DNA from: Candidatus Saccharimonadota bacterium
Lineage (GTDB): Bacteria; Patescibacteriota; Microgenomatia; UBA1406; GWC2-37-13
Assembly (NCBI GenBank): GCA_016432445.1
Contig: CP066689.1
Location: forward strand, 750,001-782,000
Direction: 5' to 3'
Length of the DNA: 32,000 bases
Under the pieces are notes generated by a model. That model did no database searches. It saw only the letters and a program-made list of their open reading frames with translations, and had not been told where the DNA came from. Both the position numbers and the translations under genes were made by a program. Positions 23,725 to 31,102 of the stretch are shown in pieces (position 1 is the first letter of the stretch; every line of letters begins with the position of its first letter).

Positions 23725-24552
23725 ATGGCTATACGCCCAGTTTTTGAAAAAGAAGCTAACGAAGAAATAAAGAATCTTTATCGAAAACTTAAAGAAGCTC
23801 TTAAATTAGATTCTCTTCCTTTATTCTTTGCTTATCTTGGAGCTTTTCCTGAATATTTTCGCTACATTGCCCAACAAATAGATAATCTCGCTAAAAATCA
23901 TGAGTTTAATAAATTATGCGGTGAAACAGCAACCGAGATTGAAAAAGAATTAACTGAAAAACTGACAATCTCTGAGGAACTTGAAAATTGGCTTAACCGT
24001 TACAAATATTCTCCGGCTTTTTATAATTTTCAGAAAGATCTACAGCATATTTTTTTATCTAACGTTAAATTGACTTTTATATTCATCGCTTTAAGAGAAG
24101 CTGTCAAGGGATGGGCAGTTGCGTCCAAAAAACTTTCAGGTGAAGTAAAAATCAATGCGCAAACTGCCAAAGAGACTCCTCAGGAAGATTTTGTTTTCGA
24201 TGATACTTACGCTAAAAATTATTCTATTGAGGCAAGAAAAGGAGAGATTGCCGCAGCCGGAGAATCAGCCTTAGAAAAAGATCTGCTTCCTGAGTATTTA
24301 GTTTTATGCCGCAGAGATTTTATTGATGTTTTAAAAAATGAAGACTTTTTAAGATTAAGGGTTCAGATTGAGCAAAAATTCCTTAATGATCTTGCTCTTC
24401 TTCCAGAAAGTATTTATTCGCCAATCAATGTAGTTTTACAATATACTTCAAAATACCCTGACTTCCCCGATCTGCTTTATCTTCTAACCGAACATTTCCC
24501 CACCTATGCAGTCCAGCGCATGCTTTTCTCAGGGTACATGATAAAAGGATAG
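23725..24552 (+). CDS. Hypothetical protein
   Basis: 275-aa ORF, 5 nt after htrA. No family assigned with confidence. Confidence 0.55.
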   Translation: MAIRPVFEKEANEEIKNLYRKLKEALKLDSLPLFFAYLGAFPEYFRYIAQQIDNLAKNHEFNKLCGETATEIEKELTEKLTISEELENWLNRYKYSPAFYNFQKDLQHIFLSNVKLTFIFIALREAVKGWAVASKKLSGEVKINAQTAKETPQEDFVFDDTYAKNYSIEARKGEIAAAGESALEKDLLPEYLVLCRRDFIDVLKNEDFLRLRVQIEQKFLNDLALLPESIYSPINVVLQYTSKYPDFPDLLYLLTEHFPTYAVQRMLFSGYMIKG

Positions 24553-24576
24553 CTTATTATGCTATAATTTCCTCAT

Positions 24577-25821
24577 ATGGCAATCCAATTACAGCCGGTA
24601 AAAGGTTTTCGTGATTTATACCCAGCTGATAAGGCTTTGCAAAATTATGTTTTTGATAAGCTTAAAGCGGTGGCCTCCCTTTATGGCTTTGAAAATTATG
24701 ACGGACCAATCTTAGAACCGATTGAACTTTATTTAGGCAAGTCTTCCAAAGAACTAGTTGAAGAACAAACATTTAAAATAAAAGATAAGAAAGATCAAAC
24801 TTTGGTCATGAGACCAGAGATGACACCATCTTTAGCTCGTATGATAGCTCAAAAAGCTAATCAGCTGGTTTTCCCACTTAAACTCTTTAACCTAGGTTTA
24901 AGATTCCGTTATGAAGCTCCTCAAAAGGGAAGAGAACGTGAGTTTTATCAGGCTGATTTTGATATTTTAGGAACTGAAAATATATTGGCCGATGCAGAAA
25001 TTTTAGCGGCTGCGGTTAACATTTTTCTCAATCTTGGCGCGACCGAGAATGATTTTGTGATTTATATTAACTCACGAACTTTTGTTGACCGTAAATTAAC
25101 TGAGCTTGGTATAGAAAATAAAAAAGATATTATGTCTTGCATTGACCGTAAAGATAAAATAAGCCGGGAAGCTTTTCTTGAATCATTAAAAAAGGCAAGC
25201 TTAAATGAAAAACAGATTATTGATCTTGTTTCTTTTTTGGAATCGGAAATAAAACCGCAAGATGATGAGTATTTCAAAAAACTATTTAATATCTTAAAAA
25301 GATACGGCATTGATCAGTATTTTAAAATAAATAAAAATACCGTACGAGGTCTTGATTATTACACTGGTTTAGTTTTTGAAGCTAAGGATTTATCAGGAAA
25401 AATAAACAGAGCTCTTCTTGGCGGAGGCCGCTACGATAATCTCGTGTCAGCTTATAACCCCAACATAAAAGTACCGGGAATTGGTTTTGCCACTTCTGAT
25501 GTCATTCTTCTGGAATTTATTAAAATTATTAATAAAGCACCTCAATTAAATCCTTGCCCAACCAAATATCTAGTAACTATCTTCAGTCAAGAAACTTTAA
25601 ATGACTCCATTCAAATCTTAAATAAGTTAAGAAAACAAAATATTTCGGCAGAAATTTACCCTGATACTGAAAAAAAACTTGATAAACAATTAAAATATGC
25701 TGACAGAAACAATATCCCTTACGCCGTAATTGCCGGTCCTGAAGAAATTCAAAAAGGCATAGTTAAGGTCAAAGACATGAAAACAGGAGAACAGAAAGAA
25801 ATTAATATTTCAGATCTTTGA
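24577..25821 (+). CDS. hisS: Histidine--tRNA ligase
   Basis: VKGFRDLYP, MRPEMTPSLARM, FRYEAPQKGREREFYQADFDILG, GGGRYDNL. C-terminal anticodon-binding domain. Confidence 0.9.
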   Translation: MAIQLQPVKGFRDLYPADKALQNYVFDKLKAVASLYGFENYDGPILEPIELYLGKSSKELVEEQTFKIKDKKDQTLVMRPEMTPSLARMIAQKANQLVFPLKLFNLGLRFRYEAPQKGREREFYQADFDILGTENILADAEILAAAVNIFLNLGATENDFVIYINSRTFVDRKLTELGIENKKDIMSCIDRKDKISREAFLESLKKASLNEKQIIDLVSFLESEIKPQDDEYFKKLFNILKRYGIDQYFKINKNTVRGLDYYTGLVFEAKDLSGKINRALLGGGRYDNLVSAYNPNIKVPGIGFATSDVILLEFIKIINKAPQLNPCPTKYLVTIFSQETLNDSIQILNKLRKQNISAEIYPDTEKKLDKQLKYADRNNIPYAVIAGPEEIQKGIVKVKDMKTGEQKEINISDL

Positions 25822-25861
25822 TCTTCGACATTCGATAATCGAAAATCTAAAATCATAAACT

Positions 25862-26551
25862 ATGCAGGTAAATCCTAATATCGTTATTATCGAAACTCAT
25901 CAGGGCGCAGGAGGCGATGAATCAAAACTCTGGGCAAAAGAGCTTCTCTTGTCATATGTTAGATTTGCTCAAAGAAGAGGATTCAAATTTACTTACCTTG
26001 ATGATTATATTGTAAAAATCTCAGGAGAAAATGCATTCAATCTATATAAAAATGAAACTGGCGTTCATAGAGTTCAAAGAGTACCGGCAACCGAAAGAAA
26101 AGGCAGAATCCATACATCTACAGCTGTAATCGTCGTCCTTCCTCAAATAATTCAATCAGATATAAGAATTAACCAAGCTGACCTGGATTGGCAATTTTAC
26201 AGAAGCGGCGGCCATGGCGGACAAAACGTCAATAAGGTAGAAACAGCCGTCAGGTTAACCCATAAACCAACTGGAGTAGTCGTCACTTCAAGCCAAGAAA
26301 GATATCAGCAAGCCAACCGCCAAATTGCTCTTGAACTTTTGGCCAGTAAACTTTATCAGCTTGAGGAGGAAAAAAAGAAAGGTATGATGTTTTCATATGT
26401 TACTAATGTTGGTACCGGAGAACGCGCCGAAAAAATCCGCACTTATAACTTTCCTCAAAACAGATTAACCGACCACCGCTCCGGCAAAAGTTTTCACAAT
26501 CTGGAAGAAATTATCGAGCAGGGAAAATGGGACAAAGTCTTTGGAATTTGA
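25862..26551 (+). CDS. prfA: Peptide chain release factor 1-type protein lacking N-terminal domain 1
   Basis: 229 aa. PAT tripeptide in [18 protein letters not shown] (RF1-type PxT) and GGQ in [17 protein letters not shown]. The sequence begins at the domain-2 'AGGDES' region. Confidence 0.8.
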   Translation: MQVNPNIVIIETHQGAGGDESKLWAKELLLSYVRFAQRRGFKFTYLDDYIVKISGENAFNLYKNETGVHRVQRVPATERKGRIHTSTAVIVVLPQIIQSDIRINQADLDWQFYRSGGHGGQNVNKVETAVRLTHKPTGVVVTSSQERYQQANRQIALELLASKLYQLEEEKKKGMMFSYVTNVGTGERAEKIRTYNFPQNRLTDHRSGKSFHNLEEIIEQGKWDKVFGI

Positions 26552-26591
26552 ATTGAAATTTCACGACTAATCTGCTAAAATGGAATTTCTT

Positions 26592-26894
26592 ATGAAAGCA
26601 AAGATTCATCCAACATATTTCCCGGAGGCCAAGGTCGTTTGTTCGTGTGGTAATACTTTTACCACCGGATCAACAAAAGAACACATTAAGGCTGACGTCT
26701 GTCACAAATGCCATCCTTACTACACAGGCGAACACAGATTCCTCGATACTAAAGGCCGCGTGGAGAAATTTCAGATAAAACAAAAACAAGCTAAAGAATA
26801 TAAAGAAAAGACCGCCTCCAAAAAAGCTAAAACAGAAGAACAAAAAGAAAGAGAAACTAAATCTTTACGAGAACTTTTGGAAGAAAGCAAGTAA
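26592..26894 (+). CDS. rpmE: 50S ribosomal protein bL31 with Lys/Glu-rich C-terminal extension
   Basis: [28 protein letters not shown]...[10 protein letters not shown]. The track ORF starts 4 codons earlier, at 26580. Confidence 0.85.
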   Translation: MKAKIHPTYFPEAKVVCSCGNTFTTGSTKEHIKADVCHKCHPYYTGEHRFLDTKGRVEKFQIKQKQAKEYKEKTASKKAKTEEQKERETKSLRELLEESK

Positions 26895-26901
26895 TAAATT
26901 T

Positions 26902-26992
26902 CAAAGTTCAAATATCAAATTTCGAATCATTTAGATTTTGGATTTGATTTGATATTTGGATTTTGACATTTGGATTTTGACATTTGGATTTT
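26902..26992 (+). repeat. Low-complexity hairpin plus 14-nt tandem repeat
   Basis: CAAAGUUCAAAUAUCAAAU (26902-20) pairs with AUUUGAUAUUUGGAUUUUG (26947-65). ATTTGGATTTTGAC is repeated ~2.8 times (26954-26992). Confidence 0.6.
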
Positions 26993-27033
26993 CTTTGGTA
27001 TACTAATTAGATCACCAAGACTTTAGGTTTATC

Positions 27034-27106
27034 TCGCCGAAGCTTTAGCGAAGGCGGATTTTAAAAATTTTCCTAAAATATCCCTCCGAAGCTTTAGCGA
27101 AGGGGG
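27034..27106 (+). promoter_or_regulatory. rplJ leader with twin GAA/GAA-loop hairpins (candidate L10 autoregulatory leader)
   Basis: (U)CGCC-GAA-GC-UUUA-GC-GAA-GGCG(G) (27034-57) and CCUCC-GAA-GC-UUUA-GC-GAA-GGGGG (27083-27106). The apical parts are identical and the closing helices differ. The second 3' arm (GGGGG) is the only SD-like sequence before ATG 27120. Confidence 0.45.
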
Positions 27107-27119
27107 AAAGTGAAACAAT

Positions 27120-27659
27120 ATGGTAAACACATCTAAAAAAAATCAGGTACAATCTTTCATTGATCTTATTGAAAAAAACAAAAACTTTGTAATAGTAAGC
27201 TTTGAAAAAACTCTCCACACAACTCTTGAATCTTTAAGAAAAGATCTCCGACAAAGCGGCGCCAAAATAAAAATCATCAAAAACAGTCTATTTCAAAAAG
27301 CTCTCAATAAAGAAGCTCTTAAAAATAAAAATCTGGAAGATCTTCAGAAAAAATTTAAGGAGCTCCAAAAAAACAGCGCTATATTAATGCTTGGAGACCA
27401 ATGGAATAAAGGATTAAGCGCTTTTTACAATTTTGCTAAGAAAGAAACGTTTTTATCATTTAAGATAGGTTTTCTTGATGATCAGGTTTATATGAATGAT
27501 GACCTTAAAAAAATAGCCCAGCTGCCGTCAAAAGAAGAACTTTTGGCAAAAGTTATAGGCGGATTGAAAACACCTATCTCCAATCTTAACTATGCTCTTA
27601 AATTTAATATGCAGAAGTTTGTTTACATTTTAACCGCAAAATCAAAGCAAACGAATTAA
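27120..27659 (+). CDS. rplJ: 50S ribosomal protein uL10
   Basis: 179 aa. Position directly upstream of rplL. ...FVIVSFEKTLHTTLESLRKDLRQSGAKIKIIKNSLFQKAL pattern. Confidence 0.8.
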   Translation: MVNTSKKNQVQSFIDLIEKNKNFVIVSFEKTLHTTLESLRKDLRQSGAKIKIIKNSLFQKALNKEALKNKNLEDLQKKFKELQKNSAILMLGDQWNKGLSAFYNFAKKETFLSFKIGFLDDQVYMNDDLKKIAQLPSKEELLAKVIGGLKTPISNLNYALKFNMQKFVYILTAKSKQTN

Positions 27660-27660
27660 T

Positions 27661-27724
27661 AGTTATGAGTTATGGGTGATGAGTTGTGAGTTTAACCCAA
27701 AACCCACAACCCAAAACTCATAAC
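27661..27724 (+). repeat. GU-rich/CA-rich intra-operon hairpin (family with 18422-18481)
   Basis: AGTTATGAGTTATGGGTGATGAGTTGTGAGTTT / CCCAAAACCCACAACCCAAAACTCATAAC. Pairs well as plus-strand RNA when G.U pairs are allowed. Confidence 0.55.
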
Positions 27725-27754
27725 CAAACAATAAATGAGGGGGGGTGATACTAC

Positions 27755-28153
27755 ATGGCAGAAGTAAAACTAAGTGAAAAAATAGAAAAAATCGCAAAGG
27801 ATATTGAATCTTTATCAGTTATCGAACTGTCGGATTTATCAAAATATCTAGAAGAAAAATTTGGAGTTTCAGCAATGCCTGTTGTGTCGGCAGGTGCAGC
27901 AGCACCAACAACAGTAGGAGCAACACCAGCAGAAGAGAAAACTTCATTTAATGTTGTTTTAACCGCTTCAGGTGATAATAAACTTGGAGTTATCAAGGCA
28001 GTAAGAGAAATCGTTCCTACATTAGGCTTAATGGAAGCTAAGAAATTAGTCGAGTCAGCTCCACAAAATATTCTAACAGACGCAAAAAAAGATGCAGCTG
28101 AAGAAGCTAAAAAGAAACTTGAAGCTGCAGGAGCTAAAGTTGAGCTTAAATAA
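27755..28153 (+). CDS. rplL: 50S ribosomal protein bL12 (L7/L12)
   Basis: ...LEEKFGVSA..., Ala/Pro hinge, KLGVIKAVREI..LGLMEAKKLVESAP...EAKKKLEAAGAKVELK. SD GAGGGGGGGTGA. Confidence 0.95.
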   Translation: MAEVKLSEKIEKIAKDIESLSVIELSDLSKYLEEKFGVSAMPVVSAGAAAPTTVGATPAEEKTSFNVVLTASGDNKLGVIKAVREIVPTLGLMEAKKLVESAPQNILTDAKKDAAEEAKKKLEAAGAKVELK

Positions 28154-28168
28154 AAGTTCACAAGAATA

Positions 28169-28204
28169 AGAGATTCTTCGCTTCAGCGAGGGATCTCTTT
28201 TTTC
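28169..28204 (+). terminator. Intrinsic terminator after rplL
   Basis: AGAGAU-U-CUUCGC-UUCA-GCGAGG-G-AUCUCU followed by a U-run. Confidence 0.7.
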
Positions 28205-28232
28205 TTGCAGTGATATAAATTATTTGTATAAT
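28205..28232 (+). promoter_or_regulatory. Promoter of gdhA, implying a leaderless or near-leaderless mRNA
   Basis: TTGCAG (28205-10), 16 nt spacer, TATAAT (28227-32). ATG at 28241 lies only 8 nt after the -10 box, with no SD. Confidence 0.45.
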
Positions 28233-28240
28233 GAAACATT

Positions 28241-29533
28241 ATGGAAAATATTAATCCCTGGAAAAGAGCCCAAATGCAACTGACAAAAGCTGCAACTCTG
28301 CTTGAAATTGACCCTTTACTTTTATCAATTCTTTGTGAACCCGACCGCGTAATTGAAATCTCGCTCCCAATTAGAATGGACAATGGAGAAATTAAGAATT
28401 TTAAAGGTTTCCGTGTCCAACACAATAATATCCGCGGCCCTTACAAAGGCGGAATAAGATATCATCAGCAAGTTGATTTAAGCGAAGTTAAAGCTTTATC
28501 TTTATGGATGACTATGAAAAATGCTGTCGTCGATGTGCCTTTTGGAGGCGGTAAAGGCGGCATTCATGTTAACCCCAAAGAACTATCAGAAGCTGAACTT
28601 GAAAGATTAAGCCGTGAATACACTCGAAAACTAAAAGATGAGATTGGACCTCATATTGATGTTCCTGCACCCGACGTAAATACCAATGCCAAGATTATGA
28701 ACTGGATAGTTGACGAATATAGTAAACAAATGGGAAAAAAAACTCCGGCCGTAGTTACTGGTAAAACTGTTGATAACGGTGGTTCAAAAGGAAGAACCGG
28801 CTCAACAGGAATGGGCGGCGTTTATGTTTTAAAAGAAGTTCTTAAAAAATTAAGCAAAAAACCAAAAGGCATGACTGTTGCCATTCAAGGTTTTGGCAAT
28901 GTCGGCCGCCATATTGCTAGATATTTACAAAGGGAAGGATTTAACATCGTCGCGGTGTCTGACTCCCAAGGCGGACTTTATATTCCTGAAGGAATAAAAG
29001 ATATAGAGCAAATCGAAAAGTGTAAAGATGAAATGGGGCATGTAGCCGGATGCTACTGTATCGGCTCAGTCTGCGGCATTAGCTTTAAAGACCATTTAAA
29101 AGGTAAAAGCATTACTAATAAAGAACTCCTAGAACTGGACGTAGACATTATCGTTCCTGCCGCTTTGGAAAATGTTATTACTAAAGAAAATGCCCATAAT
29201 ATCGAAGCCAGTATAGTTTTGGAAATGGCCAATGGTCCAACCAGCCAAGAGGCGGATAAAATCTTAAAAGACCGGGGAATTGTTGTCGTACCTGACATTT
29301 TAGCTAACTCCGGAGGAGTAACAGTCAGTTATTTTGAATGGTATCAAAATTTACATAACCAAAAGTGGAGTGAAGAAAAGGTCGCCAAAAAACTTAAGGA
29401 AAAAATGAAAGCAGCCACTCATGCTGTCTTTGAGATTTCTAAAAAATACAATGTCACATTAACTGAAGCCGCCTTTCTCCTGGCTGTCAAAAGAGTTGCA
29501 GAAACCTGGAAAAAAAATACCTCAAAAATCTAA
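28241..29533 (+). CDS. gdhA: Glutamate dehydrogenase
   Basis: KGGIRYH, PFGGGKGG, GFGNVG Rossmann motif. 430 aa. Confidence 0.9.
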   Translation: MENINPWKRAQMQLTKAATLLEIDPLLLSILCEPDRVIEISLPIRMDNGEIKNFKGFRVQHNNIRGPYKGGIRYHQQVDLSEVKALSLWMTMKNAVVDVPFGGGKGGIHVNPKELSEAELERLSREYTRKLKDEIGPHIDVPAPDVNTNAKIMNWIVDEYSKQMGKKTPAVVTGKTVDNGGSKGRTGSTGMGGVYVLKEVLKKLSKKPKGMTVAIQGFGNVGRHIARYLQREGFNIVAVSDSQGGLYIPEGIKDIEQIEKCKDEMGHVAGCYCIGSVCGISFKDHLKGKSITNKELLELDVDIIVPAALENVITKENAHNIEASIVLEMANGPTSQEADKILKDRGIVVVPDILANSGGVTVSYFEWYQNLHNQKWSEEKVAKKLKEKMKAATHAVFEISKKYNVTLTEAAFLLAVKRVAETWKKNTSKI

Positions 29534-30390
29534 CGATTTTCCCTTATAGCTCTTGCTATTTCTTCTGCTACTATATGTCGAGTTTTTTGATAAAAAAAGA
29601 TATCGGGATGAGAAGTAAGACCTCTTAAACCCAACTCATCCACAAGTCCATTTCTCGGTAAAGGACTATTATCAACGTCAATTCCTCCTGTAAAACCTGT
29701 GGGGTCATGATCTTTATCTTCAGTAACCTCACCTTCCTCAGTAAAGTGTCTAAATTTACCATAACCGGTTGTCATTAAGAAACCTCCAATTCTTAAGGCT
29801 TCAATAGCTTTACCCCAAACCGTTGCTGAAGGAAAGGCTCTCCAAATAATAAGGTTAGGAATTGTCTGGGAAGCTTGAGAGCTTACCCATTCTTTTGCAT
29901 CTTGCGGACATAATTCGATAGTTCGATCTATACCTTTTCTTTTTCCTTTGATTATTTTATTACCATGACCTGATATTTTATCTGGGACTTCTATTTGTTT
30001 TAAAATTTGCTTTAAACTTGTTGTCATATTTGCTTTTTCGGCAGCTGAACCATAAACATCTGGATCCCTATCTCTGAAAGATTCCATACCTCTAGTTTCA
30101 AAAAATTCGTAACAGGGATCAATACATAGCGTATGAACTGCATCGAAAAAAGCGATGGCTCTAAGAACTGTTCTACTGGCTGCTAAATCAACAACGTATG
30201 ACTGAGCCCCTCTTAGCTCTGCCTGCAATCTGATTAACCCTTCATGTCCTAACTCTCTAGCGAGATGCCTATCAATTGCATTAATAGCTTCAAAATCAGT
30301 TAACTCTTTGGATGACCTATAATGTCTCTCAAGCCTAACTTTATCAATAAAATTTCTCGCTCCATTTTCAACCCGCCTGAGCTTTTCCAT
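29530..30390 (-). CDS. Orphan protein, possibly Rossmann-fold methyltransferase-like
   Basis: 286-aa ORF. SYVVDLAASRT and ...ALRIGGFLMTTGYGKF faintly resemble MTase motifs I and the post-motif. Composition looks less AT-rich than neighbours by eye. Confidence 0.3.
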   Translation of the reverse strand: MEKLRRVENGARNFIDKVRLERHYRSSKELTDFEAINAIDRHLARELGHEGLIRLQAELRGAQSYVVDLAASRTVLRAIAFFDAVHTLCIDPCYEFFETRGMESFRDRDPDVYGSAAEKANMTTSLKQILKQIEVPDKISGHGNKIIKGKRKGIDRTIELCPQDAKEWVSSQASQTIPNLIIWRAFPSATVWGKAIEALRIGGFLMTTGYGKFRHFTEEGEVTEDKDHDPTGFTGGIDVDNSPLPRNGLVDELGLRGLTSHPDIFFYQKTRHIVAEEIARAIRENR

Positions 30391-30459
30391 AAATATTATT
30401 AAATTTATTTATCACAAAATTATAGCTTATCTTATGAAGGATTACAACTATAGGATAGT

Positions 30460-30945
30460 TTAAATATTTTCAAGTTCAAACTCAACCATATTGTTTCCTT
30501 TATCATAAACTGCTTTGTAGGAGACTACTTTATCATCGTCACTAAAAAGATAGGGGAGTACATAATGGATTTCTGATAACAAATTATCCAGTTTAGATAT
30601 CTCATCAGGAAAAAGCCACACAAATTCACCATCCTCTGGATTTTGTTTTAATTCGCCACTTTCAAAATCGGCAATTACAAAATGGAAATAAAGTTCCTGG
30701 TCCAAATCTTTAAGATAAGCATTACCTGTAGATTTCACACGAAGATTTTTTATTGTCAATCCGGTTTCTTCTTGAATCTCACGTCTTGCGCATTCAAACA
30801 AACCTTCATTAAACTCTCTTTTGCCACCTGGAGCCATCCAAACATCTGGCATTATCTTTTTATTTTTATTGCGGTGAAGCATTAAATATTTTCCGTCTTT
30901 TTTTACAAAACACTCAACTGTCACAATAATATTTCTATTAGTCAT
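30460..30945 (-). CDS. NUDIX hydrolase
   Basis: Nudix box GGKREFNEGLFECARREIQEETGL. I place the start at MTNRNIIV (ATG is the complement of 30943-30945). The 20 extra N-terminal codons in the track ORF are read out of the adjacent palindromic element. Confidence 0.85.
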   Translation of the reverse strand: MTNRNIIVTVECFVKKDGKYLMLHRNKNKKIMPDVWMAPGGKREFNEGLFECARREIQEETGLTIKNLRVKSTGNAYLKDLDQELYFHFVIADFESGELKQNPEDGEFVWLFPDEISKLDNLLSEIHYVLPYLFSDDDKVVSYKAVYDKGNNMVEFELENI

Positions 30946-30948
30946 AAT

Positions 30949-31020
30949 GTCATCCCGAGCAAAGTCGAGGCTATAGTCCTGAGCTCGCGAAGGAGATCCC
31001 TCCACTTCGGTCGGGATGAC
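30949..31020. mobile_element. MITE/REP-like 72-bp palindromic element (same terminal family as 17084-17162)
   Basis: GTCATCCCGA...TCGGGATGAC termini. The interior contains CCTGAGC, CGAAGGAG and GGAG-ATCC-CTCC hairpin words. Confidence 0.55.
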
Positions 31021-31102
31021 ATAATAATACCAGATACATTATTAAAAATGGGCTAAAATTTGCGCTAGAAATTGCTGAAAAATTGGTGTAAAATGTGTGC
31101 TT

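Noticed and set aside
25810-25862. CTT TGA at the hisS stop resembling the prfB +1 frameshift site just upstream of the release-factor gene
   Set aside because: The +1 frame hits a stop within ~40 nt and does not join the RF ORF. There is no upstream SD-like stimulator. The RF carries the RF1 (PAT) motif, not the RF2 (SPF) motif.
27751-28161. 136-aa minus-strand ORF
   Set aside because: Antisense to rplL. It is an Ala/Ser-rich mirror translation of the L7/L12 gene.
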